DNA of 64,000 nucleotides from contig JBAZUI010000003.1 in the NCBI GenBank assembly GCA_041661425.1, forward strand, positions 10,446 to 74,445. Reading direction: 5' to 3'. Source of the stretch: Patescibacteria group bacterium (GTDB taxonomy: Bacteria; Patescibacteriota; Patescibacteriia; UBA9934). The notes beneath the pieces were generated by a model. The model did not search any database. It saw nothing but the letters and a program-made list of their open reading frames with translations, and was not told the DNA's origin. A program made the position numbers and the translations under genes. This document shows, one piece after another, positions 11,601 to 18,590 of this stretch; the stretch's first letter is position 1, and every line of letters begins with the position of its first letter.

Positions 11601-12069
11601 TGAGGATTATCTCAGCATTGCGGATACGCGTGTATCGATGTTTGCAACACTCAGCCTTCGCATTCATCATTTTTTCCATAGTTTTATCTCAACAGTTTTG
11701 GCACGAGGTATGGGAACGCTCGGCTGTGATTCATCGGTTATCCCGTTTGTTATCAATAAAATGGCTTGTTATTCGAGCGGAAATCCAAATCCAGATACGG
11801 GAATCGATTATGCCTATAACGGATCCACAAAAGAAGAATTACAGACGATGTATGAAGAGATTCTCCAATCAATTCTCGGAGTTTCTCTCGGGTTTGTGGT
11901 AAACGGATCAATGGTCACCGGAGCCATACAAGAAGGTACGAGCGTTGAGCTTCCGTGGCCAACGGGCTTTGCCTGTACTGGCGAGGAACAAGAACTCCCA
12001 ATTCGTCTCTTTTTTGAAGGGGAAGGCACGGTGGATATTAGTGATGTCTCACTCAATTATTGTGATTGA
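2632..12069 (+). CDS. Giant (~3,145 aa) surface protein: VirB2-like pilin, Ig/IPT-TIG domains, Myxococcus-type Cys-rich repeats, internal pseudopilin-like domain, C-terminal vWA
   Basis: ATG at 2632 right after the upstream stop; signal peptide; YGGWRYMTAGGD..KAKKILING pilin motif; ITGxNFG IPT repeats; CGNG..EECDDGN..GDGCS..C repeats; DLSAS...T...TDG MIDAS motif. Confidence 0.9.
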   Translation: MQRFFLSLFMAFTLLTGAGVFQVSHVYAQTESLETVGETAGLSAEDPKVIIGRIIRTGLGVLGIIATLIVLYGGWRYMTAGGDADKVDKAKKILINGGIGLVIILASYAITSFVISSLLNASDGGGGGGGGGGDGGGGLGGGNVATFTVTSIRPSGEVSIRNIKVTATLSRTLSATLPADAILIANESGDLVEGTIVAEGNSLTFTPIEFCPTPNDDLFCFEENTTYTVTISSDLESSTGTSITCGTNCSGTFTSGSLVDTEDPFVSITYPDDGARIPYSLGASMIQAEATDDSEISTISFYENDSLYDVVPASGLDLSDVLLSMNWEWSSSLAENATVALKAIATDLAGNTDSDRISVRLNPAHCYNDVLDADSGETSVDCGGDCGTCDGDACTANLDCASGVCIEGFCVVPPVITSFTPTDAGFGSFVTITGTGFGRSGTVSFTGADGSLLTAQIASCSDGWSSEELVVVVPEGVSDGPLTLVVGGLTEKTDDENGPLLADFTIDSEPTVSLCRLSPSSGYAGSTLTITGQNFGTQIDTSSVLFDGVTPATIKSWKADSIQVTVPSLAGKSYAVTVVNANLSNALSFDLKAASSWESTEAMPVMSAITPTSGGKNQYLTISGSNFGSSIGVVWFENPTSGYTAMGSADFPEACSTTFWSDDEITIMVPESYINDESIAISEHTVFVARQDGKESNSIDFTITTANPTPGICGIVPEEGAPGTSVVIYGDGFGAGEGDIRFYNEARANFSSWNDSEIVTATPAAAKSGPVTVIDENSVKSNGANFLITGSSDLDPVIPFIPKYSWIFSTGNIPLAPEPIFACSETQISGVPNKDFSSNICLNASLYVEFTMPMSTITTDGFVVEACETSTCKNTTVVEGMINQVSSTSVYFYPDELLPSTTYRVTLTTDSQSTDGVPLGNDVSWTFTTGTSGTQCLVEKMYVSPETITVNAIGSTGQFNGVPATADCVPLDSPSYLYTWTINESYASKGSCSPSASSCMKATALAEGTAAVTVKESASGVSGAGSFVIDFTDPEVTAYWPNCTEACVNSAIGARFNTSMDNSLEDAGMVTLSKCENELCANLDAGDLVSAGVVCVAGADGTPCVEMALSPLTTLAANTYYKVMISGEIASLSGVTLTKTNDGEDFSWIFATKNDGTLCSIDRASVEPAEALLNAVGERQSFSVSAYGEPDECSVAGQELVASDYAWVWENPIINDLDVAAWKTVGGALFDADASSVSGCTSSCMASGSDSYDAVCANGALEVGEECEDGNLTEGDGCSAHCLREGKGGGGSCGDGTLNRSASGAGEDCDDGNTKSGDGCSSTCLNEGANAVAGTCGNTSIAYAENQGGEDCDDGNKKSGDGCSSNCVNEGSRSYAELFAVCGDGAVTVPYESCDDGNGLNEDGCSSSCVREGTIVGMTCGNGAVERLSSNAGEDCDDGNTVDGDGCSSQCTFEGSSSSYVTPSVCGDGHAGIGEDFNCELLASGDGNIDPIQDAEIMNTAVDLVDTETQRATATIRVKELTSSVGSASTLSLSCVAETAEDCPSASLYGVSENGCCLPRPTATLMPNSNDVCLNASVYAIFSQEMDLASFTDRVYLQLDTTVIGTCPTSSGYEVYTPSTTTASSFIQKVFSFVVSSMFAQSTGPCILPIVSSSQEALTDGSYKVTFRVEHPLYPETQHMLVIFGDQTSRDLSLLVGGLSLSGSTDSTSEWLGVVDSHGIGLYLTTVQTFTTTDSMCRLDEVIITDSADAPGMFTSANESHDFSADAYSYQTGSRQEIASLPGVYAWKWDPWQSSDSTIAVIDSSSEDTAVISSLETSGSSTIIASAAVTEDAVGTDETDALTRSDDYQVEVSICNMPWPDYANYPFIDDATGTVDGTKKGIAWMNFSTHYCRDAGLPSVSVIAPPETKSENVIKEYLLKVDDGSGDAIGLRIASNEDYLPPELWYRAQGFAGSPSNENVDGFEAVRDGRTVYISAPNYVAALSADKRKSTVSALYPNIYILSYNEGASDDTIEIFNQIVANLSLMTNVSSAGFCTIVNNKWTIGGAYTTTTCSSDFDCGVGETCGDVRSKIQRDAARLTDLRTIENALAVYGASNGTCSATTSQRCTKSSDCPTDESCTPSYPQLESGTYVRSLVVSSWSSWNEAFGKTLGTTLPLDPINEAPACGVADSSFESYEADTCVNTTTGAYLCPLNSYAYHYRSLGPNDFDLTAELEYRLADWVYDIDTSTTYDLIVGGNTSTKVEGFTGGTAYCDSSTVYGSSSSCGDGIVGSGETCELGEVGPLVSCTDSAGFSGTSTQVCNATCKGWTLPTGATCTAYSCGNGLVESGEICDDGSLNGTYGFCGYDCTYGSGFSCGDGSLASGEFCDCGSATSSGRTYGGGLCTTYGVLNGSYQTNPANSCSWDCTGPASYCGDGAVDSGEECDGNVETYSGLLCRQGITNIGRTQSSNVGKTCLQDSDCGTLGRCGGVGSEPVYDACPNTTVCLLGDVNLLGSACTVDSDCDSVEGDDGVCSDDAFQTTRTRTCADDGASGDACTWESQWMDLGCKAEVLCGNGVVDSGEACDDGNDSNTDDCTVQCTNNYCGDGYLYESVEECDEGSLNGVSCSSAYEAGCSYCSESCLSVAESGTFCGDGVRNGGEYCDAGDMPYLYVNNDGSFNGTCESSEKGESTSDGTSTYYCANVGVCDGGSEQGDVCIAFSTVAIDSLSVVLSDLSSCPGGTCVYPSCSPTCESSCPFTNESTSILMTTNTDRTNPVEEISLETYGMLSVDRDAGTIIPTAGTLMMPACSSANSLRAKVSFEDFTRPQNYLVFVTDLSASMATTFESGETRLEVTEESILTAGKSLFNALGEMIRVSTVGYQGGNVYLPGDVISGYSAGDGFISSEAYDDLATVIASYSPGGGTNTFGGLEAAKNLLDGISDENTRKMVVLMTDGDYTEIYGDPMYMACVLKDDGIELFTATLASGTQSTLSSDGNECEKYKNSDGTYMSYEDYLSIADTRVSMFATLSLRIHHFFHSFISTVLARGMGTLGCDSSVIPFVINKMACYSSGNPNPDTGIDYAYNGSTKEELQTMYEEILQSILGVSLGFVVNGSMVTGAIQEGTSVELPWPTGFACTGEEQELPIRLFFEGEGTVDISDVSLNYCD

Positions 12070-12070
12070 T

Positions 12071-12799
12071 ATGGATTGGCAAGCGCAACAATTTTATTCG
12101 CTCACTCCAGAGGGGACCCCGGTTCTCCCCGAGCAAGAATCTCCAAAAAAATCAGGAAAGAAAATTTTGATTTTGACTGGAGTTTTTTTGGGGGTTGTTG
12201 TTCTTGGGCTTGGCATTTGGGGAGTCATTGGTCTTTTTTCCGGTGAAGAAGTTGCCACGGAAGAAGCGGAGGTCTGTACGTTGGGTGAAGCAGGATGTTC
12301 AACGATCGCGGCTTTAGAAACAAGTGACATTGATTCTTGTGCCTCGCTTTCCGGAGATGAAAAAATTAATTGTGAAGACTTGGCGTATCTCTCGAAATCA
12401 CAGGATGAGGATGATGAATCGTGGTGCAAAAAAATCAAAAGCGAAATTCTAGCGACTTCTTGCGAGGATAATTTTGCCGCACAGGAGTCACTTCTCCGCA
12501 TTGAAGATGCGTCGCTCACGGGCAACCCGCTTGATTGTGAGGCGCTTGAGAATACGGACGATCAAGTGAATTGCCTTGACGTGATCGCTTCCATTGACGA
12601 AGATGAAGATGGCCTCACACGACAGGATGAATATGCGGCAGGAACGCTCGATACGGATTGGGATGCGGATAACGATGGATTGAACGATGGGGAAGAAGTG
12701 AGTATCCATGGGACTGATCCCCGGGAGATCGATACCGACGGTGATGGGTTCTCGGATTTTGTGGAGGTCCAGTCTGGTTATGACCCACTTGTCCCTTAA
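12071..12799 (+). CDS. Single-TM protein with Cys-rich region and bacterial thrombospondin type-3-like Ca-binding repeats
   Basis: TM ILILTGVFLGVVVLGLGIWGVIGLF; DxDxDGL..GTDP..DTDGDG repeats; ATG 12071 follows the upstream TGA. Confidence 0.8.
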   Translation: MDWQAQQFYSLTPEGTPVLPEQESPKKSGKKILILTGVFLGVVVLGLGIWGVIGLFSGEEVATEEAEVCTLGEAGCSTIAALETSDIDSCASLSGDEKINCEDLAYLSKSQDEDDESWCKKIKSEILATSCEDNFAAQESLLRIEDASLTGNPLDCEALENTDDQVNCLDVIASIDEDEDGLTRQDEYAAGTLDTDWDADNDGLNDGEEVSIHGTDPREIDTDGDGFSDFVEVQSGYDPLVP

Positions 12800-12819
12800 T
12801 GAGCTATAATAGAATTACT

Positions 12820-13482
12820 ATGTTTGACAATCAACCAACCCCAAGCCCTGTTTCAGCCCCTCCGATTCCACAAAAACCCGTGGAAGATATTTTTAGCGCT
12901 TCCGAACCCATGCAGGCCACTGTGCCCGCACCTCAACCAGTTGTTAATCCTCTGGCGCAAAAAACAGCAATGCCGAATCCTCAAATTCCTTCCTCGGCGC
13001 CTCGAGTATCGCTCCCTCCGGTCCCAAAAAAAGGAGGAACAGGAAAAATTATTTTAGTTATTATTGGCATGATTCTCATTCTTGCCATTGCCGGTGGACT
13101 CGCCGTCTTTTTGATGTCAGGCTCATCTCTCGGCCTCTCTGATATTTTGTCAGGGACAGATGAATCGACCGATGAAACTACCCAGGATGGAAAGGGTGAT
13201 CTTATCCTCGATGAGGACGAGCCTGTGGTCGAAGAGGTGGCAGAAGAGCCGGTTGATAGCGATGGTGATGGATTGATGGACAGCGAAGAAATCAATGCCG
13301 GCACCGATCCATATAGCACAGATTCTGATCGTGATGGCTTGGGTGATCGTGAAGAGGTAAAAGTTTATGGAACCGATCCGCTTGATCCTGATAGTGATGG
13401 CGATACGTATCTTGATGGGAAAGAAGTTGAATCAGGATACAACCCCAATGGTGCGGGAAAGCTTTATGAAATCCCTGAGTAA
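12820..13482 (+). CDS. Pro-rich, single-TM protein with TSP3-like DSDGDGL repeats
   Basis: DSDGDGLMDSEE..GTDP..DSDRDGL..DSDGDTYLDG; TATAAT at 12805-12810 favours ATG 12820. Confidence 0.8.
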   Translation: MFDNQPTPSPVSAPPIPQKPVEDIFSASEPMQATVPAPQPVVNPLAQKTAMPNPQIPSSAPRVSLPPVPKKGGTGKIILVIIGMILILAIAGGLAVFLMSGSSLGLSDILSGTDESTDETTQDGKGDLILDEDEPVVEEVAEEPVDSDGDGLMDSEEINAGTDPYSTDSDRDGLGDREEVKVYGTDPLDPDSDGDTYLDGKEVESGYNPNGAGKLYEIPE

Positions 13483-13484
13483 TT

Positions 13485-14435
13485 ATGGGGGATGATCGTC
13501 AAACGATTGAGGCTCCAACGCAGACGTCTCCCAAGGACGATGAGTTTGTGATTCACGTCATGCCAAAGGAATTCTTGGGAAAACCTGCGGCCGTTGTGCA
13601 ACCCATTGTTGCGCAAGCTCCTGTCAAAAAAGCGCTTCCTCCTTCGCCGGTCGTTGCTCCGTCAACCGCTCCGATGGCTCTACTTCCAAAGGGGACAGTG
13701 CCCATGCCGGCAAAAAAGCGTCACCTTCCTTGGGCGCTCATTGTTCTTCTTTTTGGGCTTCTTGTCGTTGTTGGAGGAGGAATTGTTTATTATTATTTTT
13801 TCCTTGTGACACCGGAGCCGGAGGTCGTCCCCGAGGAGGAAACACCGATTGTTGAAGAACCGGTCGCGATTCAGCCGGGGCACGATACGGATTCCGATGG
13901 GCTTACCGATACGGAGGAACTTCTTTATGGCACGGATTATCGTAATCCCGATACGGATGGCGATACATTCTTGGATGGGAATGAAGTTTTCCACCGGTAT
14001 GATCCGTTGGGATTCGCTCCATCAACCTTGCTCGACACGGGCTCGGTTCTCGAATTCACAACGTATGAATTGCCGCTTGGGGGTTTTCGAATTTATTATC
14101 CGGCTTCTTGGTCCATCGTAAACTCAAGCCAGACCACAATCACCTTTCACACGGAAAAAACAGAAGTGGTGACTTTGGAGCGGTTTCCAAAAACTGAGGA
14201 TTCATTCGGCTCCTGGTACGCGAATCGACCTGTTGAAGCGGCGCCCTTCTCGAGTCTTATGGCTTTTACCACAAAAGAAGGATTGGACGGGTATATGCAA
14301 GGCGATGAACGCTTGGCCTATATCGATCTTTCCGACGCGGTGTGGAAATTCTCTTATGATCTTGGCGATGAGGTGACCATTGATTATCTCCAGACGTTTC
14401 AGATGATGATTAATAGTTTTATTCTCGTCAAATGA
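13485..14435 (+). CDS. Pro-rich, single-TM protein with TSP3-like repeats and PsbP-like C-terminal domain
   Basis: DTDSDGLTD.EE..GTD..PDTDGD; F-x-I-Y-YPASW ... FQMMINSF pattern. Confidence 0.75.
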   Translation: MGDDRQTIEAPTQTSPKDDEFVIHVMPKEFLGKPAAVVQPIVAQAPVKKALPPSPVVAPSTAPMALLPKGTVPMPAKKRHLPWALIVLLFGLLVVVGGGIVYYYFFLVTPEPEVVPEEETPIVEEPVAIQPGHDTDSDGLTDTEELLYGTDYRNPDTDGDTFLDGNEVFHRYDPLGFAPSTLLDTGSVLEFTTYELPLGGFRIYYPASWSIVNSSQTTITFHTEKTEVVTLERFPKTEDSFGSWYANRPVEAAPFSSLMAFTTKEGLDGYMQGDERLAYIDLSDAVWKFSYDLGDEVTIDYLQTFQMMINSFILVK

Positions 14436-14866
14436 TAAAACTTATTCTTCAGCAGACCCTTCTTCCGGTTGGTGAACAGTTTTCAAAAGATGATCTTTTA
14501 TTTATCGCAAAAACCATTGGGAGTCTTGTTGCTCAAAAAAAAGAGGGGGAAATTGCGATCGCCATGATCGATGATCAAGAAATTCAGCGATTGAATCGGA
14601 TGTATCGTGGAATCGATAAGGAAACCGATGTGCTTTCCTTCGGGTATGCGGACGCTTCTCATGCGAAGAATTCGCTTGGTGACGTTGTGATTTCTTATCC
14701 CCAGGCCGTGCGACAAGCGATCGGAAATACGCGCGGCGAGCTCCTCCGTTTGATGATTCACGGGATTCTTCATGTGCTTGGCTTTGATCACGAACGTCCG
14801 GAAGACGCTCGTCAAATGTTTCCTCTTGAAGATCAATTATTTTCTCAATTATCCTCTCTTGTATGA
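14432..14866 (+). CDS. ybeY: rRNA maturation endoribonuclease YbeY
   Basis: LNRMYRGIDKETDVLSF; HGILHVLGFDH zinc motif. Confidence 0.95.
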   Translation: MIKLILQQTLLPVGEQFSKDDLLFIAKTIGSLVAQKKEGEIAIAMIDDQEIQRLNRMYRGIDKETDVLSFGYADASHAKNSLGDVVISYPQAVRQAIGNTRGELLRLMIHGILHVLGFDHERPEDARQMFPLEDQLFSQLSSLV

Positions 14867-15243
14867 GTCAAATTTTCCAACGATTTTCTCGAAGTTTTCG
14901 TCACGCCTTTCATGGGATTGGCCTGATTTTGCGTCGAGAGCGAAGTTTTCAGGTACAGGTTTTCGCCGCGATCGTTGTTCTTACACTCGTTATTGCGCTC
15001 CCGCTCGATACATGGGAACGCGTTTTGCTCATTCTTTTGACCGCAGCCGTTCTGGTGCTCGAAATCCTCAATAGTATCTTCGAGCGAATTTCCGATGCGC
15101 TTCGCCCCCGTCTTGACCCGGTTGTGAAGGATGTGAAAGATATGATGGCTGGTGCTGTTCTTCTCACCTCTATGACGGCGGCCGTGATTGCGGTTCTTAT
15201 TCTTTGGGATTATTTCGTCAATTTTGTCGCCTCACGCTTTTAG
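14863..15243 (+). CDS. dgkA: Diacylglycerol/undecaprenol kinase
   Basis: SFRHAFHGI, EILNSIFE, KDMMAGAVL motifs; ybeY-dgkA synteny. Confidence 0.9.
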   Translation: MSQIFQRFSRSFRHAFHGIGLILRRERSFQVQVFAAIVVLTLVIALPLDTWERVLLILLTAAVLVLEILNSIFERISDALRPRLDPVVKDVKDMMAGAVLLTSMTAAVIAVLILWDYFVNFVASRF

Positions 15244-15264
15244 GGTATAATGGATGCTATCGTT

Positions 15265-16509
15265 ATGGCGGAACGTACGATTACAGGGTTAGATATCGGC
15301 TCTTCGCGTATTCGCGTTGTGGTTTCGCAAGCATTACCCGGAGAAGATTCAAAACCTTGCCTTCATGTCCTTGGCGCTGTGGAAGTTCCATCTATTGGAA
15401 TTCATCGTGGAAGCATCTCGAGTATCGAGGATGCTGTTTCTTCTATTTCAAAGGCTCTTGAAAAATCAGAACGCATGACCGGGAAGCCGGTGAATCACGC
15501 CTGGGTTTCGATTGCCGGTCAACAAATGCTTGTGCAGGAGAGTCGGGGAGTGATTGGCGTTTCCCGTCCATCCGGGGAGATCCAGGAGGAAGATGTTGAA
15601 CGCGTTATCGAGGCGGCTCGTACCGTGGCAACCCCATCGAATTACGAGATTTTGCACGTCATTCCCAAGAGTTTTACCGTGGATGGCCAGCGGGGTATTA
15701 AAGATCCGGTTGGCATGCATGGCATTCGGTTGGAAGTGGACGCGGTCATTATCCAGACGATTTCATCTCACATAAAAAATGTTACCAAGAGTGTTTATCG
15801 TACCGGGCTTGATATTGATGATTTGGTTTTTTCGCCTCTAGCCACGGCCGAAGCAGTGCTCACCCCGCGACAGAAGGAATTGGGTGTTTGCGTTGCCGAT
15901 ATTGGGGCGACGAGTACCACATTAGTGGTCTACGAGGAAGGAGATATGCTCCATACCGCGGTTTTACCAATCGGGGGTGATCACATTACCCATGATTTGG
16001 CGATTGTTCTTCGAACATCTATTGAGATTGCGGAGCAAGTGAAGAGAGGAATTGGATGTGCGGTTCCTGATCAGGCATTGAAGGAACCATGCAATCTTCG
16101 GGATTTCGGTTCTGGCGAGGATGAAGTTCTGAAACCTCGACTTGTTTCCGAGATCATTGAAGCACGAGCAGAAGAAATTTTTGAGGCAATTGATGATGAA
16201 CTTCGAAAAATCGATCGTTCCGGCATGCTTCCGGTTGGGGTAGTTTTGACGGGTGGGGCCGTGAAACTTCCAGGGATGGCCGATGTGGCAAAACGCGTTT
16301 TGCGTCTCCCGGTTTCCATCGGTTTTCCCTCGGGTGTCAGCAGTGCGATCGACGAAGTGCGCGATCCGGCTTATGCGACGGCCGTCGGATTGGCAATGTG
16401 GGGTTTTGCCATTGAATCAACCTCACATGGAAAGTTTAAATTCGCCATAAAAGGCATCCAGGATATTTCTGATACGGTTCGGAAATGGCTAAAAACATTG
16501 ATCCCATAA
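15265..16509 (+). CDS. ftsA: Cell division protein FtsA
   Basis: GLDIGSS, DIGATST, GVVLTGG motifs; upstream of ftsZ; TATAAT at 15246-15251 favours ATG 15265. Confidence 0.95.
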   Translation: MAERTITGLDIGSSRIRVVVSQALPGEDSKPCLHVLGAVEVPSIGIHRGSISSIEDAVSSISKALEKSERMTGKPVNHAWVSIAGQQMLVQESRGVIGVSRPSGEIQEEDVERVIEAARTVATPSNYEILHVIPKSFTVDGQRGIKDPVGMHGIRLEVDAVIIQTISSHIKNVTKSVYRTGLDIDDLVFSPLATAEAVLTPRQKELGVCVADIGATSTTLVVYEEGDMLHTAVLPIGGDHITHDLAIVLRTSIEIAEQVKRGIGCAVPDQALKEPCNLRDFGSGEDEVLKPRLVSEIIEARAEEIFEAIDDELRKIDRSGMLPVGVVLTGGAVKLPGMADVAKRVLRLPVSIGFPSGVSSAIDEVRDPAYATAVGLAMWGFAIESTSHGKFKFAIKGIQDISDTVRKWLKTLIP

Positions 16510-16554
16510 TTTGACGAATAAAGTGAGTCAAAGTGTGGCTCATTTTTTTGTTGT

Positions 16555-16623
16555 CTGGGGGTCAGGTCGTTACTTGTAGCGTTATTTTTAAGAAGTGCGA
16601 CAAGTAACGACCTGACCCTCCAG
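16555..16623. repeat. REP-like palindrome GGGGTCAGGTCGTTACTTGT...ACAAGTAACGACCTGACCC
   Basis: ~20-bp near-perfect inverted repeat in the ftsA-ftsZ spacer. Confidence 0.7.
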
Positions 16624-16806
16624 CGCTCGGGTGAAGGTTGCGATGATAATTGTCCGAAAAGTTATACCGAGGTTATGCACAAGACCGTATATCGATTCAG
16701 AACCAAGTATGATAACTTTATGAGTACAAATTTTATCGAAGCTTAGCCAAGTTGGATAAATTTAGTGTTCAACTGAATAAGCATCTGAATCAATCATGTC
16801 GTCAAT

Positions 16807-18066
16807 ATGGCAGAAGTGAAACCAGAAATCGAGGCCTTTGCGAAAATTAAGGTTTTCGGCGTTGGCGGAGGCGGGGGATCTGCCATTAATCGAATGATTA
16901 AGGAAAAAATGAAGGGCGTTGATTTTGTTGCCGTGAACACAGATGTTCAGGCGTTACAGGCAAATTTAGCTCAGCATAAAATTCCAATTGGAAAGACCGT
17001 GACGCGTGGGTTGGGGGCTGGTATGAATCCGGATATGGGACGTCGCGCGGCCGAGGAAGGAGCGAATGATATCCGAAGTGCGATCAGTGGATCGGATATG
17101 GTCTTTTTGACCGGTGGACTCGGCGGTGGCACGGGGTCTGGTGCTCTTCCGGAGATTGCAAAAATCGCTCGGGAATCTGGTGCGCTCACCGTGGCGGTTG
17201 TCACAAAGCCATTCTCATTTGAAGGGGCGCAACGCAAGCGTATCGGTGATGATGCTTATGCAGAACTTTCTCAACAGGTCGATACGATCATCACGATTCC
17301 AAACGATCGTGTGCTTCAGATCATCGATAAAAAAACAACCTTGCTTGAAGCCTTCCAAATCGTCGACGACGTCTTGCGCCAGGGCGTTCAAGGAATTTCG
17401 GAAATCATTACGCTCCCGGCTCTCATTAACGTCGACTTCGCCGATGTAAAAACCATCATGCAAAATGCCGGGTCGGCGCTTATGGGCATCGGAACAGCGT
17501 CCGGAGAAAATCGTGCGGTCGAGGCGGCAAAAATGGCAATCGCGAGTCCGCTTCTTGAGGTCTCCATCGATGGAGCAAAAGGGATCCTTTTTACGATTAC
17601 TGGAAGTCCGGATCTTGCCATGTACGAGGTGGCGGAAGCGGCAAAAGTGATTACCGGTTCAGCGGACGACGACGCAAAGGTCATCTTTGGCGCAAACATC
17701 GATGAGTCGCTAAAAGATGAGGTGCGTATCACCGTGGTTGCAACCGGTTTTGATGCGCGTGATCGTCGCATGGCTCCTGGTCTTGGTGGGGATGTTGAAA
17801 TCGCTCCGCGTGGTACCTGGACGCCAAGCGCTCGGCCAGATAATTATCGGAATCAGCCAATGGCGTCTCAACCACGAGAATCAATCGTACGTGAATCACC
17901 GTTTAAGGAACATCGCGTTCCATCGTTCGATGAAGAGCCAGTGCGTCAGGAACGTGAGCCGATCCTTCGCGATGAGCCATTCGCGCCTCCAGCCCCTCAA
18001 CAAAAGCAAGAGACGCCGGATGCGGACTTTGATATCCCTCCATTCATCCGCCGGAAGAGAATGTAG
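16807..18066 (+). CDS. ftsZ: Cell division protein FtsZ
   Basis: GGGTGSG tubulin signature, INVDFADV, C-terminal DIPPFIRRK. Confidence 0.98.
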   Translation: MAEVKPEIEAFAKIKVFGVGGGGGSAINRMIKEKMKGVDFVAVNTDVQALQANLAQHKIPIGKTVTRGLGAGMNPDMGRRAAEEGANDIRSAISGSDMVFLTGGLGGGTGSGALPEIAKIARESGALTVAVVTKPFSFEGAQRKRIGDDAYAELSQQVDTIITIPNDRVLQIIDKKTTLLEAFQIVDDVLRQGVQGISEIITLPALINVDFADVKTIMQNAGSALMGIGTASGENRAVEAAKMAIASPLLEVSIDGAKGILFTITGSPDLAMYEVAEAAKVITGSADDDAKVIFGANIDESLKDEVRITVVATGFDARDRRMAPGLGGDVEIAPRGTWTPSARPDNYRNQPMASQPRESIVRESPFKEHRVPSFDEEPVRQEREPILRDEPFAPPAPQQKQETPDADFDIPPFIRRKRM

Positions 18067-18075
18067 AAAATTCAT

Positions 18076-18564
18076 GTGCGTTGCCCGGTTTGTAATTTTC
18101 GTTCTACGCGCGTCGTGGACTCCCGTCTTTCCAAAGACGGAATGAGTGTTCGCCGTCGTCGTGAATGTGAGCGTCCACGATGTGGCTTTCGGTTTACGAC
18201 CATGGAAGAAGGTCAGCTTCTGGATGTCTCGGTTGTGAAACGCCATGGCGGGCATGAACCTTATCTTCGCGATAAACTCCTTTCCGGATTGAAAAAAGCG
18301 CTTGAAAAACGTTCGTATACGGATGATGATTTCCGCGGACTCATTCTCAGAATTGAGCGTGATATCCAAAAACGCCGCAGCGCGGAAATCACGAGTCTCC
18401 AGCTTGGCGAGATTGTCATGCGTCACCTTCGGCGCTTCGATAAAGTCGCCTATATTCGCTTTGCCTCGGTCTATTATTCATTTGAAGATTTGAAGACCTT
18501 TGAAGAGGAACTACGAAAGCTTGGGAAGAAGCGCGGCAAATCGTCCACAAATTTCGGAAAATAA
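18076..18564 (+). CDS. nrdR: Transcriptional repressor NrdR
   Basis: CPVC..VVDSR..RRRREC..C..RFTT zinc ribbon; ATP cone with VAYIRFASVY. Confidence 0.95.
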   Translation: MRCPVCNFRSTRVVDSRLSKDGMSVRRRRECERPRCGFRFTTMEEGQLLDVSVVKRHGGHEPYLRDKLLSGLKKALEKRSYTDDDFRGLILRIERDIQKRRSAEITSLQLGEIVMRHLRRFDKVAYIRFASVYYSFEDLKTFEEELRKLGKKRGKSSTNFGK

Positions 18565-18590
18565 TCGGGCGTTCATGCTATACTAATGGC

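Noticed and set aside
16650-16800. oriC/DnaA-box cluster (TTATGCACA)
   Set aside because: Only one or two imperfect boxes and no other origin features.
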